A stretch of DNA of 63,499 nucleotides, the filler included, from Lenisia limosa (Eukaryota > Protista > Breviatea), in assembly GCA_001655205.1 (NCBI GenBank). It is 10 parts of 10 records of this genome, joined end to end, with 100 filler letters (N's around TTAATTAATTAA, not from the genome) between each part and the next. Parts side by side here need not be neighbours in the genome. Positions count along the whole stretch, not along the records: positions 26,902 to 56,213 come from LPNZ01008832.1; positions 56,314 to 59,257 come from LPNZ01001917.1; positions 59,358 to 60,647 come from LPNZ01000338.1; positions 60,748 to 62,136 come from LPNZ01001503.1; positions 62,237 to 63,499 come from LPNZ01006954.1; 5 more parts are not named here. One strand, given 5' to 3'. The notes beneath the pieces were generated by a model that worked only from the letters and a program-made list of their open reading frames with translations, was not told the origin of the DNA and did no database searches. Each line of letters opens with the position of its first letter. Within the stretch, counting starts at the first letter, position 1. Below, piece by piece: positions 50,718 to 63,069 of this stretch. A program made the position numbers and the translations under genes.

Positions 50718-53700
50718 ATGAATCAAGGAGGTCAAACTCTTGATTTTGCGGCTCTCCAGAATGACGTTTGTTCGTCCATGTAACGGCTGTTTCATCCATT
50801 TAGGCACTCCGTCTTCGTCATAACATTAATCAAGACTCATATTCACTGTCAAGAGGCGTGATACAGCTTGAGGAAGCGTCTCGAAACCTTGCTTCTAAGA
50901 CCTCGCACCCCACAGACCTTGTTAAAGCGTAAGTATAATAATATATCGCTTAATTCTGGAAGGAATCTGGGAGTAACCTCTTTCCAGCTCTACTCTGCTT
51001 GCTTCTCGTGGTTATGACCCCACCAAGGCCTTACGTACCCTAAACGCTGCTCCTCTTACTGCTAGCTATGAAGTGGGTGATTTGTTGTTCTATTTCTGTT
51101 TGAGCACCAGTTCTTTTTGCTCATATTTGTTATTGGGTAATTGGTATCCGTCAGGCAAACAGTGCTCCTTGGGGAGTAGCAGAGTCTATTGAGGCTGAAC
51201 AACAAGCTGCAATTGTTGGTATTCTTGATGAGACCTCAAAAACGGTTTGAAGGAGAGTTGATGTTTTGGTTGGTGAAAACGGTTAAATCTTTGAGTTAAC
51301 GTTCTTCAGACGGCTCAGGCCTTCCGGACTTCCTACGCTGCTGCCATCGCGTCAGACTGGGAGAAGATGAAGGAAGATGTGAGTGGGTTGCTAAGAGGAA
51401 TCATGATGTTGAGGAAAGTCCGGGGCAGTTGCAATAAAACTACAGTTGACACATTTCTTATTTCCGGTTATGGTCTATCAGGTTATGGAGTCTCTTGGTC
51501 AGCATTCTGGCAAATGGGTGCAAAACAATGCAGCAAGCAGTGTTAAGATTGGCGGACTTTATGACGCTGCCAAGCCTCTGGTAAAAGGGCGTATGATGTT
51601 GTTTTAGGCGGGCTAATGCCAACAGGATTGTGCGGATTTCTCTGTTGATTCGTCACACGTGGCTGAATAATAACCCTTCAGGATGTAAGCCAGTTGGCTG
51701 CCACTCGAACCACTCAGATTCCTCAGGTATGATGGGAAGGACTTTTTCCAGCATTCATCTCGATTGAGGTTTGTTTGAAGTTGATAGAGTTCGATACTTT
51801 ATCGGGTTTTTTCTTTCGTGTATCCGTTGCTTTTGTTATATTGCCTAGGCGATGGACATGACCATTTTCCCAAGCCAACGCCTCAAGTCCGCTATGAGCG
51901 CCAAACAGGTTCGTCTCCTCTTTTGTGATTCATTCTATTTCTTCGTTCCACTTTTTTTGCATCATTTTTCACGTACCTCATATCAACTGGTATGATAATT
52001 GCGGACAAGTCTCGATAATACTCTGATACGCTCGGGATGAGTAGTTGTGTTATCTTTGTTCATTTTTATATGATATACTATCACTAGTTGATCACACAAT
52101 ATTGTTCATATCTTCTTTTTTGAGTTTTACTGACGTTACAGACTGCCTACGCTGCCGTTGTGAAGGAAATGGCCATTCGCAACAAACAAGGCGTGGCTCT
52201 TCCCGTTATCTCACGCATGCTTGCCGTTTCAACCCAGTCTGATGAGAGACAAACACAGGTCTGCCACCCTTCTTTTGGACAACTTTGTCTGCGAGGTGTT
52301 TATGTATTTAGAGAAGAACACAGCTTGGCGACACCTTCCAACTGGTTGCCTCTCTTGCAGGCGAGTCCAACATCCGAAACCAAGAGTTCACCGCGACCGT
52401 TCTCAACAAAAACTACTATTCCAAGGATTACAGCGTGAGTTGTGTTCTCATTTGTCTTTTTCCCTTTCTGTGGATGACAACTTCAGGAGGGAACACCCGC
52501 CAACACCAATTTGCTGACAGAAAGAAGCATTCACTTCCTTGAGAGACAGTGAGCAGCGCAACCCCCAGGTTCCAAACTAACCCGATAGATTCCGACGGGC
52601 AATTACTGACGTTGTGGCTGCCAACCTTTCCGATGCCAACCGTGGAGGTCGTCCCGGTATCCTGCCGCTTGTCAAGGGTTGGTCCTCCTCTTATCATGCT
52701 TATTTTGCAGCCTTTGTGAGGACAACGAACCTTCGAAGCCACACGGACGGGACTGCCCTCATTCGTGTCGGCGACAATATGCCCATTTGGGCCGTAATCT
52801 TCTATTCTATCAGGTAGTTGTTCTTGGCCTAGGTCTGATTACCTTCAACAGATGTGGAGAGTTCTCTGCAGCTCTTCAGTGTGCTGAAACCGAGGGAGGC
52901 GGAGCAATTACTGGGCTTGAGTTGGACTTGCTGAAGTCCCACTGCCTGGCCAACGGCAAGCTCCTGCCTACTGAGGTGCGTTGTAACTGTTGTTGTACCC
53001 CTGCAACATAGGAACATGCGGACATAGGAATGAGGAACGCAGCCAGGCAACATTTTATTTATATTCAGATTTGGCGCCAAGCTGTTGTTGCCTATAGAGA
53101 GGCAAAGGCTGCGGCTGATGATCCATTCAAACAAGGTGTGTCTTCATTTTGAAAGGTTTCTCCAGGGCACTGTTGACTGTTCAGCCGTTCTGCAACTCAT
53201 CGCTCGAGCGGACCCTGGCTACATGGCCAATAACATCTCTGAAACATCCGAGGACTTCCTTTGGTTCAAGGTTTGCGATTATGTTTGTGCGTATTACCAG
53301 CACTGGTTTAGGAGTTCAAAAGATTCGGAGTAGTGTAACAATAAATACTGCTTGCTAAACAGGACAATCTTTCTTTTTATTATGAAAACCTGTTTACTTT
53401 TGCAGTTGTCTCTCTGCCTTTCACAGTCCTCGGACACCCAAGATCAGCCCTATACCCTTGCCGATGTCCAAGTAAGTCTTGCCTTTCTTCGCCTCACCGT
53501 TCCAAGGAAGAAATTCTGTCCTTCGGAGCTGCCCACTTCAACCCCAGCGGCAAGACCCCCCTTCTCTACGCACAGGTTCTTCTCCTTGCATGCCTCTTCG
53601 AAAATGTTCGTTTGGCTCCGGACTTTAATAGTGATGGATATTTGACGATGTAGGCCACGGAAACGCTGTTCAACTCAACAATGGACGTTGAGGGCATTCA

Positions 53701-55383
53701 CATCGGTCTTGCATTGGCCCATTACGGCCTCTTAAGGACGCCGAAGTCTGACGTCGGACATGAAGCTCTTGGTCTGTGAGGATGGCATTTGCTTTAACCC
53801 ATCGCCGCTCTTCTTACCCTTCCTAGTTGTTCAGGACAACTTTGGTCGTAAGTACCTCCAACTGCCCCGCATGCTTCTGCGCTACATCAAAGAGTTCGGC
53901 CAGTCCGAGCCATCTATTGCTGCTGACTATATTGCGTAGGCTCGTGTCCCTGTGGCAAGTCTTTTCTTAAATGTTGTTCGACAGCTGCAGTTGAACGCTA
54001 TTTTGATAAGTCATCCCCCAGAATGCTACCCTCAGCAAGCCTTGTCCAAAAGACTCTCTCCGAGCTCTGCGTTGAGACTCGTGCTTACGTGGAACTTCTC
54101 GGGACAATGCGGGCCGACGGAACTCTCAAGGTTGGCCGTTATATTGGCTGTTCTTTTTGTCAGAGCGCTTTTCAAATATTCCTATGCTCCTTGAAATATA
54201 TATGTAATTATTGTAAATCTTAGATCAGTGACCCTTTGTTTTTACCTCCTTAGGAGGGCAAGCTCTACAGCATCCTGCCCCTGGACTGTATTAAGAAGGT
54301 CATGACCGAAGCGGCCGAAGCGGCCAGTTTGAAGGGCCGTCATATGGACGCTATCGTACTGAACGACTTAGCTGGAGTGAGGGGGCGATCACGCAATAGC
54401 TGCGTTGGACTTTGCTGACTGTTTAGAACCATAGTAAGGTAGTGACGCACATTTGCAACCAAATGAGTCGATCCATCAGCACTGCCGGGCATGACCAGTC
54501 CGAACTGAAGGTACGCCTCCCTCTTCGGTCGTAACTCTTCAGGACCTTGTCTTCGCCATCAACACTCGCTACAAGACTCTTGGTGTTTATGCCCAAATTT
54601 CTCAGGTCTGAATGGAAGGATTATCGAAGAATCAACGGCCTCAGTTGTGACTCTGTAGTCTGGTCAAGGTGACGTCGTACGCGCTTTAGAGCAAATCATC
54701 ACAGTGTCAACAGCCTTCGACTTGCTCAAACGAGGTTTCCATACTCAGGGTCTCCAGGTACAGTGGTCACTATTATGATTGGCAACTTTTCTCAATATTA
54801 TTGACGCTTTTTTTCTCTCATTTCAACGCATAATGTTCTGTACTGAGACTTATAGCACATTGAGAGCCTTGGACTTGTGCCACGCAGCCGCATGGAAGTT
54901 GACGCTGCCGTCGAAAACTTCTGGAAGTGGGTCACCTGGTCGTACTTCTTGCACAACTTTCAATGTGGTTTTCTCCATAAATGATCTCATCTTTGCAGAT
55001 TGCACGAGTCTCTCAGGGGCCTGTTGCCTGACATTCTTGTCTCTTCAATGCGAGCCATTGAATCTCGTTATATGGAGACTAAGGTATTTGCTGTAAAACT
55101 GGACTGGAGATGAATGTTAACCCAAAACAAATGGAAAATACTCATTACTATTCTCAGCCTTTTTACTTGCTTAACCCAACAGTCTGGACCGGTTCTTCCC
55201 ACTACTGGAACTGTCATTGCCGAACTCCAGGAGAAGGCCGACGCGCTTGTGCGGTACAGCGGCTCGGTAAGCTAACGGGCTATGATGACGTTGGTGTCAT
55301 TGGTGATAACGCTACAGGTTCGCTATCGACTCAGTACAGACACCAACAAAACGCTCATGCGTATCCAGGTCCTTCTCAAGTAG
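50718..55383 (+). CDS. NUP93: Nucleoporin Nup93/Nic96
   Basis: LSRGVIQLEEASRNL, YHAYFAAFV, PIWAVIFYSIR, DPFKQ, SEDFLWFKL, HIGLALAHYGLL, C-terminal ELQEKADALVRYSGSVRYRLSTDTNKTLMRIQVLLK*; many short introns. Confidence 0.92.
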
Positions 55384-55448
55384 CTTCTTAAGACACTCTT
55401 TCCTATGTTTCAACAAAATACAATACAACAAATACATTAACATACTAT

Positions 55449-56213
55449 TTACTTAACCTTGAATTTTTTTTGTACAGATTTGTAGGTGTAGGCCTCAATC
55501 TAAAGAATGAGAAAGGAACATTTTCAAAGATTCCCACCTTTTTCTTCCTCTCGGGTTTGAGGGTTCCTCCCTTTTGCGGGGTTTCCTTTGCCATGATATC
55601 ATGCGTCACTTTTCGTGCCATAGACTTGAACTCTTCATCAGTCATCGTTACCTGGGGGGGGGGGGCGNNNNNNNNNNNNNNNNNNNNNNNNNNNNNNNNN
55701 NNNNNNNNNNNNNNNNNNNNNNNNNNNNNNNNNNNNNNNNNNNNNNNNNNNNNNTAATCCAATCACAGGCCAATGGCTTACCTTGCCCTTTCGCCTCATG
55801 TAGACGAGTTGGTTGACCACAATCTCAGAAATATTCCTTCTGAAGACTCGCTTTTCGTCTCCATGCTGAGGGGTAAGAGGCAGTACAATACTCACCAAAT
55901 GCTTGCTTCTGGATTTCTTGGTTTTTTCGGGTTGTGCTGGGGGGAGTAAAGGAGGTGCTGGAGCGGCTGGTGGAGGAGGAGGCTGGAACAATAAGAAAAG
56001 AAGGGGCACTTACAATAAAGGTGTTTTGGGGAGGGCGAGGGGGTTCTTCTTGCATTTTCATCGGCAGTGCTGACTCATGAGAGGATTCGGATTCAACCGC
56101 TTTTCAAACCCCAACCCACGTTTACTCAAGCCAACCCCCCAGTCGTCATCATCGTCCTGTTTCGACGACGGCGGTGGAGGGGCCGGGTACTGTTGATTGA
56201 AGGTGTCAGGTCG
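55449..56213 (-). CDS. C-terminal fragment with SRI (Set2-Rpb1-interacting) domain; Set2-like or RECQL5-like protein
   Basis: After a Pro-rich linker: EKRVFRRNISEIVVNQLVYMRRKG...VTMTDEEFKSMARKVTHDIMAKE...KKKIEAYTYKSVQKKFKVK* fits the SRI consensus; upstream cut by linker. Confidence 0.75.
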
Positions 56214-56257
56214 NNNNNNNNNNNNNNNNNNNNNNNNNNNNNNNNNNNNNNNNNNNN

Positions 56258-56269
56258 TTAATTAATTAA
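56258..56269. other. Artificial contig linker
   Basis: TTAATTAATTAA within N spacer. Confidence 0.95.
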
Positions 56270-56418
56270 NNNNNNNNNNNNNNNNNNNNNNNNNNNNNNN
56301 NNNNNNNNNNNNNAAACAAAAACCTTAAATTACTGGTCTTCTATAACTGAGAAGGAGGTCATTTTGTTTATGCTGAATGTAGAAAATAACAACACACACC
56401 CACCACACCCAAACACAC

Positions 56419-59006
56419 CTCGGAGGACTTCTTTTTCTGGTCCTGTGCACGGAATCGGAAGGTGGTGTATGCGAGACCATAGTCATTTCTTCGGGGTAGG
56501 TAGGCCACTCGGGGTGACTTCAGAGTCTGTGGCACTTCGGTAATCACATCTCCTGCGGTAGTATCTCCTGGTAAAACCTAAAACGGTAAATAAATACGTC
56601 AATTAATTAATTATAAAAAGGTATGGAATCAAAAGTATAATTATATACCTCAAAGAGCTGACCCTTCTTTGGCAGCTTTGTGATGAGAATCGAAAGGTTT
56701 TCGCTATCAATATCTGTTGAATTCAAGGTTATGATTTCAGTAGTGTCTTCTTCAATAGTAACAGAACTATCATGAGCGACTGGTACATCGTTGACTGCTG
56801 AGATGCTTATGATAATGAGACTTATTGAAGATCCTTCACCATCTTTGGCTTCGTATGTGAAATTGGCAAAGTCGAAACCTTCAGCATCATGGGGTGCTTG
56901 GTACCTCACAGTGTACTCTCCATTAATTAGGGGAATTTCACAGGGACAGTTGGAGAGAGAAGTACCGTTGTCATAGATTAAAGCACCAGCAAGAGGAAGA
57001 ACAACAACGAAGACAGTGAGGTTCATGGAGTCGGGATCAGACATATAAAGCGCGAGGCTTGACACAGAATCCTCATCAACAATCCATTCGGAGTCATACG
57101 TTCTCGGAAGATCGTTAACAGGTTCAACAAAGGTAATTGTGACTTGAGCAGCTGAAAGCGATTTTGATGTTGGCGTTTCGCGTGCTACATAGAAAAACTC
57201 ATCAAAAACATTGGTTTTAATGTCGTCTGTCGGGGAGTTGAGATCCCTTCCGGGTACATACCACACAACAGTGCCGTTTTCTACAAACTGGTCAACCAAA
57301 AGAGTAGAATCTTCTCGTTCGAGAGGGTTCAAAGAGTACAACTGTCCGTTACGAGGGAATTTGACAATTTCCAAGATCACAGAATCTTCAGTATCATAGT
57401 CAAAGCCCAGTAGAGTAACATTGATAGGGGTGTCTTCTCGAGTCGATATTGATGCGTCTTCAGCATAGGGAAGATCATTGAGAGACTCCACATTGAATGT
57501 CACGACCGATGATGATGATGTCATATTGTCAGCGTCTATGACGTGGAAGGAGAACGTGGTGAGTGGCGAGCCGAAGGCGTTACTCGGAGGGGTGTACTGG
57601 AAAAGCCTCACATTTGGCTGTCTAATATGGTGCGGTGCAGTGGTGACTACGATAAAAGTACCATCTGATGATTCAGCTAAAGTTCCTTCTGGAAGTGACT
57701 CAAGAGTAAGGCTCTGAAGGTGGCCATCATCATCACCCGCACTAAGGCGGAACTGAATACGCTCATCTTCTTCAATGTAAATAGTGGAAGACTTTGTCCA
57801 GGGTGGGGTGATGATCGTTTTGGAATTGAAGGTCACCGTTACTATGGGTGACTCAAGGCCGGTCCAATCCCGAGCATGGTAAAACATGACACCCAAAGGC
57901 TGTGCAACCCTATTTTCGAACTGCACAAGGAAAACTCCTGGATCGCCACCGTCAATGACCTCATAAGGAATGTTACCAACAAGCACTGGTGGACCTGCTA
58001 GAGTTCCATTGGCAAAGGCAGGGGTCAATGAAACGGAAACTGGAAGATCTGTGATAACAATTGTGAAATTATCCCCGTCAACATCGCCAACATCAAGGGC
58101 AATCAGCCCCTCATAACCTTGATCCTCATCAAGTGTCATCGGTTCCGCCCATGGTTCATCAGGTGTGGGAATAATGGAAATATTAGACGTCATGAACAGT
58201 TCAGGTATGTCAGCCGGCTCCATAGCCCAGTCGAATGTTGTGTAGTTATCACCAAAGACATTTGGACTTGGGTAGAAACCCATGCTACAAACGGAGAGCG
58301 TTGTTGGAATAGATTCTTCAGTGATTCTGCGTACTCTGAGGTTGAACTTGTCCTTTTCAAAGGTGGTTCCTCCTTGTGGAAGGGAAAGAAGCTGACATGA
58401 ATGCACTGATGAGAAGGGGTCTTCAATGGATTTTTCCAAGTTAATACTACCCTCAACATCCTCAAAAATTTTGTAATTAATGAAGAAAGGTAAAATAGTG
58501 TCTTTATTTCCTGGAACAAAAAGCCTGAACTGAATATAGTCGATAACTGTTTCTCCCTCCATAACCTTTGCAAAGATGTGAGTGTATGGCAAGCCAGACT
58601 CCTCAGCTTTTGGAAAAAAGTTAACTGTCTCATTTTCCATCAGTTCATAGGGTGCTGAAGCAATGATTGTACCGTGAGACATTTCCAGTGAACCACGAGG
58701 AAGAGTCACCAGCGTAATTGTGGCATTAGCTGCTGTCATATTGGTTGCTGGAGGAGAATCACTCCATAAGTTGAATGGCTTAAATGTCTTATTTTTTAAG
58801 TCATTATCAACGTGGAGATCGATGACGTTATACTGACCAGTTGGTGATGGGTCTGGATTACTCCCAGGAGCGCCCCAGACAGCATTTTCCTCTGTTGGCA
58901 TAATAACAACTCTGAGAGTATCACTGGCACTATCACCATGGGGGTCTGTAGCTTTGAACATAATCTTCATAGTTATGTTCCAAGCCGTTTCGATATTAGG
59001 GGACAC
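56419..59006 (-). CDS. Internal part of a large surface protein with bacterial-type cadherin-like/Ig (tandem-95/Big_9-like) repeats
   Basis: 799-codon open exon with repeats SLNDLPYAEDASISTREDTPINVTLLGFDYD, PVNDLPRTYDSEWIVDEDS...DPD, AVNDVPVAHDSSVTIEEDT...DID, ITKLPKKGQLF, TTFSFHVIDAD; next exon 56419-56578 VAYLPRRNDYGLAYTTFRFRAQD. The listed M start is not a true start. Confidence 0.85.
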
Positions 59007-59301
59007 AAGGATCTAAAAGAGTTAAATAGTGTCAAAGCAATCATGATAAAAGATCCAAAGAAGAGACCAACCCACCTTTTTTGAGGAGTTGCTAAGATGA
59101 CCACCTTCAGTAATGGGTTCACCGCTACCATCCTAGAGAGTCACTACTGATGTCGGAGTAGTTACACAAAAGGCAGCTCTTTTTGTTAACTCAGTATTAT
59201 TAACATTCAAAATAACATATATATAGCTATATATATATATCCCCGTCCACAAAAACCNNNNNNNNNNNNNNNNNNNNNNNNNNNNNNNNNNNNNNNNNNN
59301 N

Positions 59302-59313
59302 TTAATTAATTAA
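59302..59313. other. Artificial contig linker
   Basis: TTAATTAATTAA within N spacer. Confidence 0.95.
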
Positions 59314-59456
59314 NNNNNNNNNNNNNNNNNNNNNNNNNNNNNNNNNNNNNNNNNNNNTAATAACCCCCCAAGAGTTGCAATTTAGGAAAAGATTGAATTC
59401 TCGATAATTCCTAGATAAATACAGATATTTCAGTCTTCTCCCCTCCCCCCCCTCAC

Positions 59457-60474
59457 CCAGGTCTTCGGGAATCCCATGTCATGTTCAGTATCGCCTAAAT
59501 CTGGTCTAATATGGTCCTCTGACCACACACCAGGGACGGGGTGGCCGCAGTTGACGCACCATCCACTAGGAAATTAGACTCGAATATGGCAGTACGTTTC
59601 ATTCCAGAGCATAATAATTCAAGATATCGACATACAGAAAACAATTTTAAATAGTTTTTTTGAGAGAACTTGAAAGGCAATATTATGTGAAAGTATGCTA
59701 GGGATGCACGCAGAAAGCTGTGTGCACAGAGTTGTAAGGCAAATGATTGGGTGAATTAATATTACACTATTATCCAATATCTCTTATAACTGGACGGCTT
59801 CGGCCAGATACATCCTTATTTTTTTATATTTCTCATTGCAATATATATTCAAGATAGAAACTGCTGACGACTGCGACAAGTCCTTGACTAAGACACGTTT
59901 ATATATCAAATTCTTTGATTTCAAATTGTTTGAATAAATTTCTTCAAACAATTAATTGCATGGAGACCAAGAAATCTGCTCCTCACCTATATTGAGCATT
60001 GGGCTGGGGGGAGACGTTTGAAAGGACATTGGAAGGCATGGTAGTGGTGATGCCTGTGACTTGTCCCCCAAAATTCAGACCTCTCTTCACGAGCTTCTTC
60101 TTGCAGCTACGAGGGAAATAATTAGAATATTGTTAACCATATACGTTTTCAAAAAAGACATGAAAAATATTTTATTATTTTCGAAGGTTTATCGAGGATT
60201 TATTGAGGATTTGTCGCGGATTTGTCAAGGATTTATCGAGGATTTATAGAGGATTTATCGAGGATTTATCAAGGATTTATCGAGGAGGATTTATCAAGGA
60301 TTTATCGAGGATTTATCGAGGATTTATCAAGGATTTATCAAGGATTTATCGAGGAGGATTTATCAAGGATTTATCGAGAATTCATATCATAACCCCCCCT
60401 CCCTCCCCACCTCGGGCATCTCGTGTCGCACGCGTCTGGGTTAGATACCATACGGGCGTAGACGTAGTTGAGAC
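59457..60474 (-). CDS. C-terminal exons of an AmmeMemoRadiSam-type radical SAM enzyme (AmrS-like)
   Basis: Three phase-compatible GT-AG exons (60474-60411, 60106-59987, 59565-59457) give GLNYVYARMVSNPDACDTRCPSCKKKLVKRGLNFGG...SGWCVNCGHPVPGVW, matching the GLxYVY...TxCPxC...LIxR...GxCxxCGxxIPGVW tail of that family. Confidence 0.65.
59693..59850 (-). repeat. Dispersed repeat family B copy (intronic)
   Basis: gtatgctagggatgcacgcagaaagctgtgtgcacag...ggacggcttcggccagatacatccttattt...ctcattgcaatatatattc. Confidence 0.9.
60185..60378. repeat. 11-bp minisatellite (GAGGATTTATC)n, ~17 imperfect copies
   Basis: Directly visible; gives the spurious ORF 60203-60493 with DLSRIYRG repeats. Confidence 0.9.
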
Positions 60475-60510
60475 CTGGCGGCGTGAAAGGTGAAAGAGGG
60501 CTTGTTACTA

Positions 60511-60606
60511 GAGCTTCACTTTGGTTCGAAAAAAGACCATTAAATTATCGATAGTTTACGTGGATTTATCGAGAAATTCAGTCTTTTTCGAACCGAAGTG
60601 AAGCCC
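60511..60606. mobile_element. MITE family A copy 8
   Basis: cta|gagcttcactttggttcgaaaaaagacc...ttcagtctttttcgaaccgaagtgaagccc. Confidence 0.85.
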
Positions 60607-60691
60607 AACTTATTACATAAATTTTCCGCTCGCACGCCCCTCCCCCANNNNNNNNNNNNNNNNNNNNNNNNNNNNNNNNNNNNNNNNNNNN

Positions 60692-60703
60692 TTAATTAAT
60701 TAA
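60692..60703. other. Artificial contig linker
   Basis: TTAATTAATTAA within N spacer. Confidence 0.95.
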
Positions 60704-61090
60704 NNNNNNNNNNNNNNNNNNNNNNNNNNNNNNNNNNNNNNNNNNNNATAATAATAATAATAATAATAAACAAATAACAATAACAATAATAATATTTAAC
60801 AATAAGGTCTGTTTCGGACCATGGGCACTGAAAAGGGGGATTAATAAACCCCCACCAATTTTAATTGCTCCAATGAACCGAAGCTGGGTTTCGCCAAGGT
60901 CGTCATTAGCAAGTGTTGACTCCGCCCTGGGAGTGAAAACGGAAATTTCATGAAAACAAAAACAAAGAAACAGAACTGTGGGGGTAGGGGGAGAAAAGGA
61001 AAATTTCATGAAAATAATAAAAAAGGCCCAAAAAGGGATAAGAAACTGTGTGTAAAAACGTCATCACCATCAAGCTTTTATACCGAGACA

Positions 61091-61542
61091 ATGACTACTC
61101 CCATCCAAGGATCTACAAACCAAAGGTGCCCAGTTTCTGAGGTATTGTGTGATGCAGGGTTCGTTTGAGTGGAACTTATTACGATTTGGAAGGTCAATGG
61201 CCTCATTAGTGAGCCATATTCTTGGTTTTATTAACTATAAAACAAAAAACGAAAAGCAGATTATTGCTCAGCATCAACAAAAGGCCCACTCTTCTCAGTC
61301 TTTATTACACCCAGGCAGGCTCTAAAGGGAATTTCGACGATCAATCCGTTATTAAAGAGGTGAAAGTTGCTTATGAAGCTCAAGAATTGGAACTAGTAAA
61401 AGAAAGAGAAAAACGTAAGAAAAAAGGTGAAGAGCTGCGACAAATGCAGTCAATCCCAATGGCGCGGCATTTCTTCTCTGATGAAGTGGTAGCTGAACTT
61501 AAAGGTTTTCCTGAGAAAAAAAAAAGAAAATGCTGCTTTTGA
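61091..61542 (+). CDS. Small charged helical protein ending in polybasic-CC motif
   Basis: Last exon AGSKGNFDDQSVIKEVKVAYEAQELELVKEREKRKKK...FPEKKKRKCCF*; 5' exons uncertain. Confidence 0.4.
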
Positions 61543-62180
61543 GGTAATTCCAAAGTTTAGATAATCGGCAGATCCACAGTTGGTGCACCCATCTTTTAAT
61601 TGCAAGGCTATTTCCACAGACTTTATTGAGAATCTCTTACCGATCTCTACAATAAATTCATTCTTGAACGGGTTATTCAAGGTATCGAAGGTAGTGGGTC
61701 TGTTGTTCCCTACGCAATCACCGATGAATGGAAAAGCTTCGAACACGCCTTCAAAAAGCTCAACCATCTCTTGTGTATGGATCACAAGTGCAAGACGACT
61801 GGGAGGCGCCCCAATATGATTTATAAACATACTTGCCAAAATCATAGATTATGATGAGGCTCGTAATTTTTCAGCCTCAATCAGGAATTTCCTGAGTCGT
61901 TGCTACTTGTATGGTATTCCTATGTGTTTATTTGTTTCCATAGGTCAATAATAAAAAAAATTAAAAGATAAAAAATAATTAGTAAAGAGTAAAGAAAAAA
62001 AAAACGTACTATTTCGCCCTCGAGATAAAAAAAGGGACAGAGAAGAAACAAAGGCCCTATTCCCCACCATTTCAGCCCAGGGGAGACGTACTCCTTCTCC
62101 AGCCCTTGAGTCAACACGTCGAATAGCTCAATAACGNNNNNNNNNNNNNNNNNNNNNNNNNNNNNNNNNNNNNNNNNNNN

Positions 62181-62192
62181 TTAATTAATTAA
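62181..62192. other. Artificial contig linker
   Basis: TTAATTAATTAA within N spacer. Confidence 0.95.
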
Positions 62193-62520
62193 NNNNNNNN
62201 NNNNNNNNNNNNNNNNNNNNNNNNNNNNNNNNNNNNGAGACCATAATTGTATAGTATTTTACCCTTAGGGCACCACCCCGTGGCGAGCTGACCCTGATTG
62301 CACAGCCATCATTACAATAATAATAAAAACAGTTTGCGCTCTGCACATCACAACATAACAACTTCTTCTTATACATCATACCAGCAGAGGATCGCTGAAA
62401 TTCAGTTTGTCAAAGCAAATGGTTTACTAACTGTAACATTACAATTTCAGGATTATTATAGTTTCATTTTGTTGACGTGTCGTAATAAATAAAATAGAGG
62501 ATTTTCTGATTCCTTTTATT

Positions 62521-62870
62521 ATGCCAGCTAAAGTTGATAAGAATAAGGGAAAGGCTCCCTCTAAGGGCTCTAAGAAAGCCAAGAAGAAGTGGTCAAAGGG
62601 AAAAGAAAGAGAAAAATCCAACCATGCTGTTGTTTTCACAGATGAAAGTTATAAGAAGATGCTGGCTGAAGTATTTCTGTTATTTATCTTATTGAGGTAC
62701 CTAAATTCAAGATGATCACCCCTGCAATTATTTGTGAACGTTTAAAAGTGAATATTTCATTGGCTCGTCGGTCAATTGGAGTACTTCTGGAAAAAGGCCT
62801 TATTAAAGAAATTTGTCATCATGGTCTTCAGTCAATCTACACAAGATCTATTGTAGATGATGAAGAGTAA
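62521..62870 (+). CDS. RPS25: 40S ribosomal protein eS25
   Basis: KKKWSKGKEREKSNHAVVF...YKKMLAE|VPKFKMITPAIICERLKVNISLARRSIGVLLEKGLIKEICHHGLQSIYTR; 26-nt intron 62671-62696. Confidence 0.97.
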
Positions 62871-63069
62871 CTCTCAATTAGCAAAACTTGAAAATGAATA
62901 TTTGTTTTTGATTCTTTACTGTATTTCACTGGGAAAGGAGGAAGTGTGTAATTCAAACATACGTATATCATATTATGTTCTATGCGGATCTTTTTGGATA
63001 TTAGGTAGCAGTGAGAAAGATATATTCATTTTGCATTAATAGGTAACTTTCATTTCCAAAAATTGTAGG

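Noticed and set aside
55449-59006. Single gene: cadherin-like ectodomain plus Pro-rich tail plus SRI domain
   Set aside because: An artificial linker at 56258-56269 separates the two parts.
60203-60493. 96-aa ORF with DLSRIYRG repeats
   Set aside because: Translation of the intronic 11-bp minisatellite on the non-coding strand.
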